From NCBI GenBank assembly GCA_951406725.2, contig OX597822.1, forward strand, positions 24,738,001 through 24,802,000: a DNA stretch of 64,000 nucleotides. The letters run 5' to 3'. The notes beneath the pieces are model-generated. The model saw only the letters and a list, made by a program, of their open reading frames with translations, was not told where the DNA came from and did no database searches. Of this stretch, positions 37,447-50,438 are shown one piece after another. This DNA is from Octopus vulgaris. Its lineage: Eukaryota. Numbering within the stretch: the first letter of the stretch is position 1; each line of letters starts with the position of its first letter. The translations under genes and the position numbers were made by a program.

Positions 37447-38834
37447 TATATATGTACACACATTCACACACACACAACATATCAAATTATCGAGTTCTTG
37501 GCATTAGTAAAAATTAAAAGAATGGCTTTACAGTGACTATCACATCAAACATATTTTCAACTGTCCTGTCACCATATTTCTGTCAAAATACTACACTGCC
37601 TTTGAATCAATTGATTTTGAAGATTAGAAAGAATTTGTCACTATTAAGCTGGTGTTTGGAACATAAATTAACATGAAATTTTGACAGAAAGTTTTGATTT
37701 AGAGCACTTCAAACCAGTAAATTTATAACACAGAATCAAGAGTGGTCTCAGGCAGATTGGTATCAAGAGGGTTGAATGTTTTACCCGTCTTAGTTACTGA
37801 AGAAGCAGTTCTACAATTCCTCTAATGAAAGAGCTAAAACGAGTTATTAAAACAGATGGCCAAGATTAATATCTCTATTAACAAATTACAATTCTTGTAC
37901 ATTTTTGTAATTTCGTTTTGAATGTCAATTCTCACATTTATTATAAAGTTATTATATTACATTGTACGACTTACATTAATTACTTTTGATTTAGTCTTAA
38001 TAGCTAACTATATAAATAAGTAATATTTATTTGTCATTAAAATCCACCTGCACAAATATATATGACAGTGTGTTAGTAAAGTCACAGTCTTCATACATAA
38101 AAAATTCCAGGCCTATTGATGTTTACAGCTGATGTTAGTCACCTGCATGAAACCTTTAAGTGTGAGAAAATATTACACTTCTGGTACAAATGTACAGTGA
38201 GTACTTAGTGTTCTTGCACTAAAGTACAAACAGGCACTATTTATACATGTGTGGGTGTTGGTGCGTTGTCATGATGTGCATACGTACACAAGATTATAAT
38301 AAAGTCTTTATGCAATTTAAAATATAAGAAAAAACATTTTTATTCTCATAACTTTTGTTCCATATATAATAAGAATTCATCATCATCGTTTAACGTCCGC
38401 TTTCCATGCTAGCATGGGTTGGATGATTTGACTGAGGACTGGCGAACCAGATGGCTGCACCAGGCTCCAATCTGATCTGGCAGAGTTCCTACAGCTGGAT
38501 GCCCTTCCTTATGCCAACCACTCCGGAAGTGTAGTGGGTGCTTTTACATGCCACCGGCACGAGGGCCAGTTAAGAATTAATTTATGAATATCATTTAGAA
38601 TCATCTATTTTATAATTTATGCATCTTTTTTATTGTTGTCAATAAAAAAAAACAGCTTATATTCATTGCTTGACAGCCCTACTGGGGCACCGCCTTGAAA
38701 AATTACATTTTTTGTAAAGTCTGATACTTATTCTATTAATTCCTTTTGCCAAACTGCTAAGTTATGGGGATACACCAACACCAATTGTCAAATGGTGGTA
38801 GGGGACAAACACAAAAGCACACACACATATGTGC

Positions 38835-38881
<47 letters not shown>

Positions 38882-39513
38882 CTTGTGCCACATAAAAAAA
38901 CACTTAGTCCACTCTGCTGGGTGGTTGATGTTAGGAAGTGCATCCAGCTGAAAAAAGCCATGCCAAAACAGACACAGAAGTGTGGTGCAGGCTTGTGACT
39001 GGCTGGCTCTTATCAAACTGTCTGATCCATGTCAGCATGGAAGGCAAACATTAAACGATGATGATATGTGTGCAATGTAGTTGAAAAAAATTATGATAGG
39101 AAAGAACATTACAAACAAACAATAGATAAATAAATACTGTAATCATCCCATGCAATTTGACTAATGATAATAATTATAAATTAATAATTAGCATTTGTTA
39201 TCAGGTGAAAGTGATTTGACATCATATCAGCTAACAAATAGTAAACTCTAGTACTCTATCCTTTTTCTCTTTAAACTTTTTATCTTGACCAAATATTGGA
39301 CAACTTGAAAAACAGCAACACAAATCCATTGTGAAGTGCTTTGCAAGCTAATAAACAATTCAAGGTAATCAGGTGTGTGTGCGTGTGTGTGTGTTCCACT
39401 GACGATGGTAAATAAAGAAAACTTCAGATATGTTCTCACCCGCCAATAAATAAAATAAATAAAAGTAATAAAACAAATGCTAAATTTCAATAAAAAATTT
39501 AAAAAAAACTTAC

Positions 39514-39625
39514 CACGTTGTCTGTCCACATTATTGATTGCTCGAAGGAGTAGCTGGGTGTTCAGCTCAGAGTATTCCACAAACACTAATAGTAGCTTCA
39601 GGGCAGTTTTCACTACAAGTCTATG
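39514..39625 (-). CDS. FHOD: FHOD exon (112 nt): HRLVVKTALKLLLVFVEYSELNTQLLLRAINNVDRQR(G)
   Basis: ttgcag|CAT...CGTG|gtaagt. Confidence 0.95.
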
Positions 39626-39777
39626 CTGCAAAAACAGAGAACAAGTACACATGTTGTAAGCTGGAGCTTGACAAAGAAAACTGTCAGGGTCTTCTAGCAC
39701 ATTGGCTACCATAATTGCTGAATAGAAACTAAGACTGCTTCCCAAAAATAATCTCCACAACTAATGTTTATATTATA

Positions 39778-39888
<111 letters not shown>

Positions 39889-40564
39889 GTATGTATGTAT
39901 GTGTATGTGTGTGTGTGTGTATGCACACACATGTACATATATATGAGTGCATGTGTATATATACTTCGAGTTAACTAATGCTGGAATGTCTGTAAAAAGG
40001 GGAAGCCGGTAAATAGCCGGAAAGCACTTGACAAAAATCTCCTACTCAAATCGCCCCATTCCAGCACCATAAGAAGATACATGGGAATTGAGAAGTGCTT
40101 TTGATCACTTACTATAAAAAGGATTTACGACTGTTACCAGGAAGAATGTGGTGACCGCAAACTACCGGAGAATTGAGGAAATATTAAGAAAGTCCCATTC
40201 CAATTTTAGTTATTTCTTTTTTTTCTATAATAGTATATACATTATAAGATATATAAATAAATAAATATGTAGGCATCTTTCTGTAAAAGTCAATGACCAA
40301 AGAACTCTGTGAAATATGTTTGTTCATGTCAGTGATGCTGGTAAAGTGACGGAGTTAGTAAAGTGTCAAGAAACTTTATTTTGTTAGGTTCCTTGAGGAT
40401 TTGAGTTTAAAACTTTCTGGAGTCAATCTTGTTTTCCATCTTTCTGAGATCAGTAAAATATATCTCAGCCAATTACTGGGTCAACATAACTGACTAAACT
40501 ACTTCACCCCTGTGCCTGTTATGAAATGATTAGCATCATCATAATTATTATTATTATTATTATC

Positions 40565-41470
40565 AAGGTGGCACGTAAAAAGCACCATCCGAATCGTGGC
40601 CGATGCCAGTGCTGCCTCGACTGGCTTCCGTGCCGGTGGCAGGTAAAATGCACCAATCCGATCGTGGCCGTTGCCAGCCTCACCTGGCACCTGTGCAGGT
40701 GGTACGTAAAAAGCACCCACTACACTCATGGAGTGGTTGGTGTTAGGAAGGGCATCCAGCTGTAGAAACACTGCCAGATTAGACTGGAGCCTGGTGCAGC
40801 CTTCTGGCTTCCCAGATCCCCGGTCGAACTGTCCAACCCATGCTAGCATGGAGAACGGACGTTAAACGATGATGATGATGATGAAGGTGGTGAGCTGGCA
40901 GTGTCATTAGTATGCTAGGTGGAAGCTTAGTGATATTTTGTCTGCCTGTAGGTCCCGAGTTCAAATTCTGTAGAGGTTTACTTTGCCTTTCATCCTTTTG
41001 GGATCGATAAATTAAGTATCTGTGAAACACTGGGATCACTGCAATTGACCAGGCCCCTGCCTCCAAATTTCAGGCCTTGTGCCTATAATAGAAAGGATTT
41101 CAATTTGGCAGAATCCTTAACATGGTGGACAAAATGCTTAGCAATATTCTTTCCAGCTTTATGTTCCGAGTTCAAATGCCACTGAGGTGGACTTTGCCTT
41201 TCATCCTTTCAGAGTCAAATTGACTAGACCCCTCCAAAATTTGAGGCCTTGCGCCTATAATAGCATGCTGGGTGAAATGCTTAGCGGTATTTCACCTGTT
41301 GCTATGCCTTGAGTTTAAATTCCACAGAGGCCGAATTTACCATTCATCCTTTTGGGGTTGATAAATTAAGTACCAGTTGAGTCCTGGGGTTGATGTAATT
41401 AACTTACCCCTCCTCCAAAATTTCAGGCCTTGTGCCTATAGTAGAAAGGATTATTATTATTATTATTATT
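40565..41470 (+). mobile_element. RTE-partner retroposon (40565-40883) followed by about 3 tandem Meta-like SINEs (40883-41470)
   Basis: Homology to other copies in the window; (GAT)n and (ATT)n tails. Confidence 0.82.
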
Positions 41471-43092
41471 ATCTTTACGGCATAGACTTAATGTATCTCC
41501 TAGCTTAATGCCACCATCTAGTCCTTGAGTGACTTTTAGTGGAAACCACTGTCTTAAACATTCAGACCAGGTCATCAGTCTGATGACAACTTCCTTCATT
41601 CTTCCTTCAGTTTTGAAGGACTTAAAAAAGGTCATAGACTTTGTCATTTCTCCTCTCAGTAAGCAATTGGATAAAGAAAATTGAATAGTAGCCAGAGTAA
41701 GGATACAGTAGAAAAATGTTTAGGGAACTGTTATTACTGTTAATGGCAGTGCTCCAGCATGGCTAGATTTTTTTTAGACTGGAACAGATAAAAGAATACT
41801 TTTACTGATAATAAAAGGGTTCTTTCTCTGAATAAAGGGCAGATTGTAGGATGCTTTCTAATATAGCATGGTAGCAAAGCATGGGCATTGAATGCACAGG
41901 ATAAGTGTAGGTGGGAATGATATTAAATAAGTGAGCATGCTCTGAGTGATGCACGAATGAAGGAGCATGGAAGACAGCTAGACTGAGAGAAAATGAAGAT
42001 AAGAGGAATCAACTGTTAGAATGCTGGAGGGAAGACTATAATGGTACAGAAAGGTATGTGATGCATAAATAGAATGACAGGTGGGTGAAGTGGCGAGAAT
42101 TCCAAGTGGGAAGAGTGTGGAGAAGAGGAAAATATGGGAAGAAGTAGTGAAGGCTTATCTCAGGATACTGAACTTCAATGACGGAAATTACATAGGACCA
42201 CAACAAGTGGCAAGACCTTGTAATGGAGAAAGCCTGCCTAACCCATGAAGAATGGAAAAACTAGTCACAAAATGCTGCTGATGATGACGAAAGCAAGAGC
42301 AGTGAGGCAGTGAGTAGGCAGAATTGTTAAAACAATGGACAAAATGCCTTTTAATATTTAGTTATAGCTCTTGATGTTCAGAAAGTAAATCCTATCAAGG
42401 AGCGACTTGGCATTTTTTCATCTTTCCAAAGCTGATAAAATAAAGTACCAGTGAAGTACAAGTTAATTGAATGACCTCTGTTCCCCCTAAAAAAATATCT
42501 TCATTAGAAAATATTATTATAAGAAGGTAAAGGCAGAGTGCTGAATTAAATGATATATAGTAATTAGTTTTGTTCCTCTGACTTCGTTTAATGTAATTTT
42601 TTAAATCTTTTCCTCACAAATATCCCTCAATTTGCAAATATGAAAAATCCACATTATCATCACCATTATCCTCCTCATTGCTGCCATCCATTTCTTCAGA
42701 TGTATATTTTTAGATACTTGCTTACATTGGTTACTCTGCTGATTATGTCATTGTAAAGATGTAACAGTAGTATTAATATTCTGCATACCAGCGTATGTAG
42801 CTGCGAATTTCATAACCACATGTGGAAAATGGAAAGAGGGGTAAAGAAGGAAGAGATGGAAACTGAGAGACAGACAGAATGAGAGAGAAGACAAACATGT
42901 AGACAGATTAACCAGGCAGTTAAATGAGTATGAAGAAAGGTGTTGAGAAAGAAAAAAAAAAACAGGAAATTTACGTTAATCTAATAATTTTGTGTATTAA
43001 TATAGTTAATATAATATCTGTGGTTGGTTGAGGCAGTTGACAACTCTCACTTGCAAATCTGTGCTGTCACATGCTTCACCACGCACAAAACA

Positions 43093-43775
43093 TAATAATA
43101 ATAATAATAATAATAATCTTTTCTACTAGAAGCACAAGGCCTCAAATTTGGGAGAAGGGATTAAGTCGATTACATTGACGCCAGTGCGTAACTGCTTGTA
43201 CTTATTTTATTGACCCTGAAAGGATGAAAGGCAAAGGATGAAAGTTGACCTCAATGGAATTTGAACTCAGAATGTAAAGTGCCGCTAAGCATTTTGCCCA
43301 GCATGCAAATGATATGTCAACTTATTGCCTTAATAATAATATCAATAAACCTTTCTACTATAGGCACAAGACCTGGAATTTGTGGGGAGGGGATAAGTCA
43401 ATGATATCAACCCTAGTACTCAACTTGTCCTTATTTTAGTGACCCCCCCCCCCCCCAAAGGGTGAAAGGCAAAGTTAAAACACTGCTAAGCATTTTGTCC
43501 AGTATGCTAATGATTCTCCCAGCTCACTGCCTTAATAATAATGATGACGGTCACTCCCATTGATTTTGACATATGACTGTTTGAAGGAGGGGATTTAAAG
43601 AAAAGAAAAAATAAATAAACAACAACAATGGTTTCAAATTTTGGCAGATGGTCAGCTATTCCAGGGTAGTTGATTATATTGACCCAGTGTTCAAAAATGG
43701 TACTTTATTTTACTGAACCTGCAAGGATGGAAGGCAAAGTTGGCAGGATTTGAACTCAGAATGTAATGAGTCAGA
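43093..43775 (-). mobile_element. Tandem array of about 3 Meta-like SINEs
   Basis: Same unit as the other arrays. Confidence 0.8.
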
Positions 43776-43884
43776 AGAAATATCCTTTATCCACAGCTAA
43801 TGTAACATGATTAACCCTACAACCCTTACTTTCAATAAAATTTCACCTCCATAGATTCTGAGTTAATATTTCTAAACAAACTAT

Positions 43885-44226
43885 TCTTTTATTTGTTTCA
43901 GTCATTTGACTGTGGCCATGTTGGAGCACTGCCTTTAGTCGAGCAGATCAACCCCAGGACTTATTCTTCGTAAGCCTAGTACTTATTTTATCAGTCTCTT
44001 TTACTGAACTGCTAAGTTACAGGGATGTAAACACACTAGCATCAGTTGTCAAGTGATGGTGGGGTGATAAACAGACACACACACACACACATTTGTGTGT
44101 GTATATGATGAGATTTTTTCAGTTTCTGTTTACCAAATCCAGTCACAAGGTGCCACGCAGTGGGATTGAACCTGGAACCATGTGGTTGGGAAGCAAGCTT
44201 CTTACCATATAGCCACTCCTGTGTCT
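43885..44226 (-). mobile_element. CORE-type SINE
   Basis: Reverse-complement homology to 19453-19843. Confidence 0.8.
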
Positions 44227-44898
44227 GCATCTATTTAATTTCCCTAACATTTCATTTTAATAATTGTAGCATTAGGAAATATTATATTATAGTAGTATTC
44301 CCTTGTAATAAATTTTAGAATCGCTTAAATAGTGGTATTGGTTTAATGTTTAGTTCTGCAAATTGTTTAATTAAAATGTTTAATTAGCAAATAAAATCAA
44401 ATATCATTTCTTTCTTTTCTTTGTTTTACAAAGACACAATGCTCTGTCTGTTCTAGGAATTGAACCCCTAACCTTATGATGAAAGCCCAACAAACAATCT
44501 AACCATTAGGCAAGACATTTTCAAAGACATAGCTAGTGGGCAGTTATATAAGTATCTTGTTCCTGGACACAGGTGAGTGTCAATAATGAAATTAGAATTG
44601 CTGGTTCTGTGAATGGTAAGCTGATACCCTTCCTATTGAATTTGTCATCTGTGAATCCTAAAAATATATAATAATATCATTTCCACATCAGCCAAACACC
44701 AGCTGGAACCATTTTACTTTTGTTCGGAAAGGTATCGACATTACAGCTACCCTGTTTTTTTCTCCTTTTCTCCTAAAAATATCTAGCTGCATGACTAACT
44801 AATAGTTATAGAAAGTCATAACAAAGAACATAGTCACAACAAAGAGAAGTATATTCATAAGCTAGAAACAGCTTTAAATAACATCTAAACTAGCACTG

Positions 44899-44899
<1 letters not shown>

Positions 44900-44954
<55 letters not shown>

Positions 44955-44967
44955 GTAATAATAATAA

Positions 44968-45008
<41 letters not shown>

Positions 45009-45045
45009 ATAATTATAAAAATAATAATAATAATAATAATAATAA

Positions 45046-45076
<31 letters not shown>

Positions 45077-45133
45077 AAGAAGAAGAAGAAGAAGAAGAAG
45101 AAGAAGAAGAAGAAGAAGAAGAAGAAGAAGAAT
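44900..45133. repeat. Compound trinucleotide microsatellite (TAA)n(TAC)n(TAA)n(GAA)n
   Basis: Directly visible. Confidence 0.95.
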
Positions 45134-45629
45134 GATAAACTTCCACAAACTTGTATGTTTGCAAATGTATTTTAGATATTTTTTTCTTTAATTTAATTTA
45201 AATGTAAGAAAGGAACTTTCATAGATCTCATACATAATCCTGTTCATATGGGAAAACAATTGTAGATAGGTTGCTGTTATTTGTAATATACATACACATA
45301 CGTAAATATATATGTAAACATACATGTATACATAAATACATATATATACATACATATATACATACATGCATATCTATATATATATATATATATATATACA
45401 TACATGTCTTCTTTATCATATATTTATATATTTATCTAGAAATATACAAAGTATCTTTAAAAGTCAATAATAATTCAGTTTTTTTTGGGGATTTATAGAT
45501 AAGCAGGTATTCTATTTCAGATAATACAAAGAAAATAACCTAAAGAGTATATCTGAAAGTAAACTCATGTTATCCATTTTCACATCACAAAATAATACTT
45601 TAAAAGATATAACCAGTATATCAGCAGGG

Positions 45630-45760
45630 TATATAATATACTTCAATAATTATTTCCTACTTAAGTTAACACTTAAATCTATCAATTATGACGGAACTAC
45701 ACATGTTTCAGTATTGGAAGATTACAATATATATACATACACACAAATGTATATATACAT

Positions 45761-45796
<36 letters not shown>

Positions 45797-46140
45797 GCAA
45801 TCATTAGATTTACGATTATTCCAACATATCTTCAGGTTCGTTTTCAAAGTATTGTTTATCTAATTTTACATCCCTTTAAAAATAAGCGTTAAATTAAGCA
45901 ATAAATTAAACATTAAAAATTAAAGATAAAAATTATACTTTGTAATATTAAGAATATTTGAAAAAGAACCTGAAGACGTGTTGGAATAATTATAAATCTG
46001 ATGATTGCATATATATATATTCATATATGTATACATTTGTGTGTACGTATATATATTGTAATCTTCCAATACTGAAATGTGTAGTTCCATCATAATTAAT
46101 AAATTTAAGTGTTAACTTAAGTAGGAGAAAATTATTGAAG

Positions 46141-46150
<10 letters not shown>
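45630..46150. repeat. Long inverted repeat (arms ~45630-45858 and ~45950-46150, ~90-bp spacer); foldback/MITE-like
   Basis: cctacttaagttaacacttaaa...atcttcaggttc versus gaacctgaagac...tttaagtgttaacttaagtagg. Confidence 0.9.
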
Positions 46151-46177
<27 letters not shown>

Positions 46178-46546
46178 TGTAAGTATGTATGCATGTATGT
46201 AATGCATGCATGCATGTATGTATATGCATATATATATATACATATACATATATACTTGCATATATCCATACATATATACATATATGCATATATACATGCA
46301 TATATACATAAATATACATATATACATACATGCATATATACATAAATATACATATATACATACATGCATATATACATAAATATACATACATATATACATA
46401 CATAAATATATATATAAATATACATATATACACACACACACACACACACATATACATATATACATACATGCATATATATACACATACATATAAACATAGT
46501 AATAGCATATATACATAAATAAATATATATATAAATATATATATAT

Positions 46547-46584
<38 letters not shown>

Positions 46585-46968
46585 TCAATCCATACATATG
46601 AGTAATAGGAGCAGTGTCAATCTAATGACTCATTTAATTGATTAATGACAACATTGACACCCGTACCGCTACCGTTACTCATTTATATTTTATTCACCTG
46701 TCTCAGAATCTGTCCTCTGTAAATATTATGGACTGTATATTTAATATAATGTACTTGATTCAATAACACAAGAGCAGGTTTCTTCACTCAGCTGGGTCTA
46801 ATTGTCTACATACACAGCAAGAATAGCATTCGGCCAGTACTTATGTACCAAGTTTGATATTTACATAATATTGTTGTGTATGTATATTATTCCAACCCAA
46901 TGAGCTCTATTTAAGTACCTAATTCAACTGAATCCTACTTATATACATACACACACACACACATATAT

Positions 46969-46999
<31 letters not shown>

Positions 47000-47013
47000 C
47001 ATATATTTACCTA

Positions 47014-47108
<95 letters not shown>

Positions 47109-47741
47109 TCATATATATATATCATATGCACACATATACATACATGGACATTTCAAGACCATATGTTTATTACAAAGAAAGGGTTCATTTAGAGATGTGT
47201 TTACACAGAGGGTTTGTACAATGGCCCACATCCTACAATCACAGTTGTCTCAGAAGATATTAAAGTAAAGTATCATTTAAGTGCTAGGCTGAATTATCTT
47301 CCTCTCTGTTCCTCACTCTCTTCTTCATATACTTTCTCTCTGTAAGAAAAAGGCTTGGACAAAGAAGGGCTCTGCCATGTCTAAGCCTTTAGCATTCAGA
47401 TTTCTCTGTCAAATGTAATTCTCATTTATTCCCACTTTTTGAATTAGTCATGCACCATCTTATAGTTTTGAGATTTCAATGATGTAATAGTTTATTTTTA
47501 GAATGACATCGTAGGGTAGATATGAGACCTTGCTGGTTTGAATATAAAACAGGTAGAAACTTTTGGGCCAGATGTGGCTGGTTTTTCTTGCTAAAGAGTT
47601 AAAATGGTCAAGACATGCCATATAATGTAACAGTGCTCCTACAACTTCATCAGAGGTTAAGGGCCCCACTACCAATTTATTATTAAGTGCTTGCTTGCTC
47701 CTGAGACAATAATATTTGATAAATAAATCAAGGAAGCTTAC

Positions 47742-47836
47742 TTTGGAAGAAAGTAAAGAGTAAAGCCAGTGCACAGTTGCATTATGCCGGATCACACCAT
47801 TCATACCATCAACGTAGAGCATCACTACACCAAGAG
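47742..47836 (-). CDS. FHOD: FHOD exon (95 nt): LGVVMLYVDGMNGVIRHNATVHWLYSLLSSK
   Basis: ttcag|CT...AAA|gtaagc; lies within ORF 47460..48131. Confidence 0.95.
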
Positions 47837-49405
47837 CTGAAAAATAATAAAAAGAAATTAACTTTGAAACTGGCATTAAATTTATGGATGAACACACGAA
47901 ATTTACAAAAAAAACAAAACAATAAAAACAAAAAACCCATAAACCATATCTATTACTTCCAAGAGTGTATGACTTGGCAGCATGTACCATGATTTTGCTA
48001 AATGTTAAAGATGCCTTTGTAGCTGTCCCCCTCTCAGATCTCCTGTCCTTCCTGATCCAGCAGAACAGTGAAAATATAACAGCAGAAGGAAGAGAGGGCA
48101 GCACCAACACTTGGCTGCAACTTATTTTCAAATGAGTTTGTAATAGAGCAATGTAAAATAAAGTGCCTTCCTCAAGGACACAACACGCTGTTCTTTCCAG
48201 GAACTGAACCTACAATTATAAGATTGGGGGGGGGGTCCAACACTAGGCTAAGTGCCTTCACTAAAAATTAACAACAGCAAATTAAAATACTTTATAAAAC
48301 CTAAGTGTATTTTCTTTCAGATTGATTTCAAAAGTATCAAACTAGCAGTAGGAACAGAAGCAAAGTGGTATAGTGACTACCATAGTGAAGTATAAGCTCA
48401 CAGCTTGTAGGTTCAAATCCACTGTAGGTATTTTATTGTGTCTTTGTGGAGAATACTTCATTTTATATGCCACAGTATACCTAGACACAAGAACTTCTTG
48501 AAAGTTATCTAAGACTTGTCTGAAACACAATTTCTCAACATGCAGTTTCTGATTGCACTTTCATATGTGTAGTGCAGGTGTGTGGCACAGAGGTTGGGCA
48601 TTTGGCTCGTGGTTGTAAGATCATGAGTTTGATCCCAGGTGGCGTGCTGTGTCCTTGAGCAAGACACTTTATTTCACATTGCCCCAGTCCACGCAGCTGG
48701 CAAAAATGATTTGTACCTGTAATTTGAAGGGACAGCCTTGTCACATTCTGTGTCGGATTGAATCTCCCTGAGAACTACATGAAGGGTTCATGTGCCTGTG
48801 GAGCACTTGGCCATATGCACATTAACTTCAAGAGTGGGCTGTTCTGTTGATTGAAATCCTCATTGTAACCAGTGAAGTGACCGGTTGTTTCTCAGAAGAT
48901 ATGCATGATAAAGGTTTTCAAGCAGAGTGGATTAAGGAAATAAAACTGTTGTTTCTAGCAAGTTAAGTGACTGCATAGAGGCTTCCCTTTTGCTCAGTAA
49001 TCTGAGTCAATCAAATGGGTTCAATTCCAAGTTTATTAATTTTAATTCATTTTTTCTTTGTAACTTCAATTTTCAGCCATGGTGAATAGCTTTGGAAGTA
49101 AGTCTTTGGTTAGTCAACTCATCGTTAGCACACTAAATTAAGACAAAGCTTTTAATGGTGACCCTGTAACCCAATAGGAGGTTAATGGACATTTTCGTTT
49201 GAATCAATTAGGTTTGATGCTCTCTTAATTTCTAGCATTGTGATAAGACACACTGCTTAAAGTAGTAATTGTTACAATTAACTAAGTTTCTAGTTGAGAT
49301 TTATGAATGACTTACTAACTTTCAGGTTGAGATTAAAGAATGAAAATTAATGAATGCAACAAAAACTTTGATGTAATGAAGAAAAGTGCAAAAATTGTAT
49401 CTAAC

Positions 49406-49511
49406 CTCTAAGGATAAAATTTTGGTAATTCTGGTCTGATTCAGCACCGACTTTAATGAGACAGTCAAGGCCATCATTTTCCACAAACTCATGGACTAAA
49501 TCTTTGTCATC
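49406..49511 (-). CDS. FHOD: FHOD exon (106 nt): [35 protein letters not shown](A)
   Basis: tacag|GAT...AGAG|gttaga; conserved motif. Confidence 0.95.
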
Positions 49512-50370
49512 CTGTAGTTAAATAAGATAAAAATACTTTTGTGAGTAGTAGCAGACAGTACAGGAAATGTTTAGAAATGGCTAAGTAGAACAATTAGCAA
49601 AATAGGATAAAAAAATTGATCTTATAAAAATATAATTTTACATTGGTCTATGATGATAATTATACAGAACTTTTTCTGTAATTAAATTTCTGCCATGAAA
49701 CCTCATCATCAGATCATCATTATATCATAGACTACCATCATATCATATCAGATCATCATCATCATTATCATCATAATATTTACCTTGTCATATCACCATC
49801 GTTATTTTAATGTGCACTTTTCCATGTTTGTATGGATCAGAATTCATTGACACATTTTCTACAGCTGGATGTTCTTCCAGTCACCAACATACACCCATTT
49901 CCAAGCATGGTAATACTGGTAATATTTCCTCATTACTGGGCATGTTTTCACAGAAGATTGGAAATAAATAACACTTCTTATATGATAGTGACACTCATTT
50001 ACAATCACTGCGCAAGGTCAAAACAAGGAGATAGTAACACACACACAAACGAAATCCACTCACAAGACTTTTGTCAGTTCAAGGCTATTGTGGAAGACAC
50101 CCAAGGTGCCATGCAGTAAGGCTGAACCCCAAATCACATGGTTGGGAAGCAAACCTCTTAACCACACAGTCTTGCCTAAAATATTCTGAGAATTAATCAA
50201 GTCTCCTTCTCATGAAACTAATCATATATTAAATCTAATACACAATAAGTCATGTATACAACAGTATGATATCACCAATGGAAACGAGTTTGTACAGAAG
50301 AACATTATTGTTAATGAACATTATAATGAGTAAAAATCACCAATATTAATGAGATATTCAAGAGATTTAC

Positions 50371-50438
50371 CTGGAAGATTTGTTTCAATGAGAATAAAGC
50401 TCGACGTAGTTCCCGTCCACTTGAATTTAGCAGTTTCT
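50371..50438 (-). CDS. FHOD: FHOD exon (68 nt): (E)KLLNSSGRELRRALFSLKQIFQ, start of FH3/DID
   Basis: ttatag|AGAAA...CCAG|gtaaat; conserved FHOD motif. Confidence 0.95.

Noticed and set aside
45990-46597. Long ORFs rich in Y/I/C/V/M/H (also near 33.1, 39.8, 54, 58.6-59.5 and 62.5 kb, and poly-L/I/S at 44885-45148)
   Set aside because: Translations of (TA)n, (CA)n, (TACA)n and trinucleotide microsatellites
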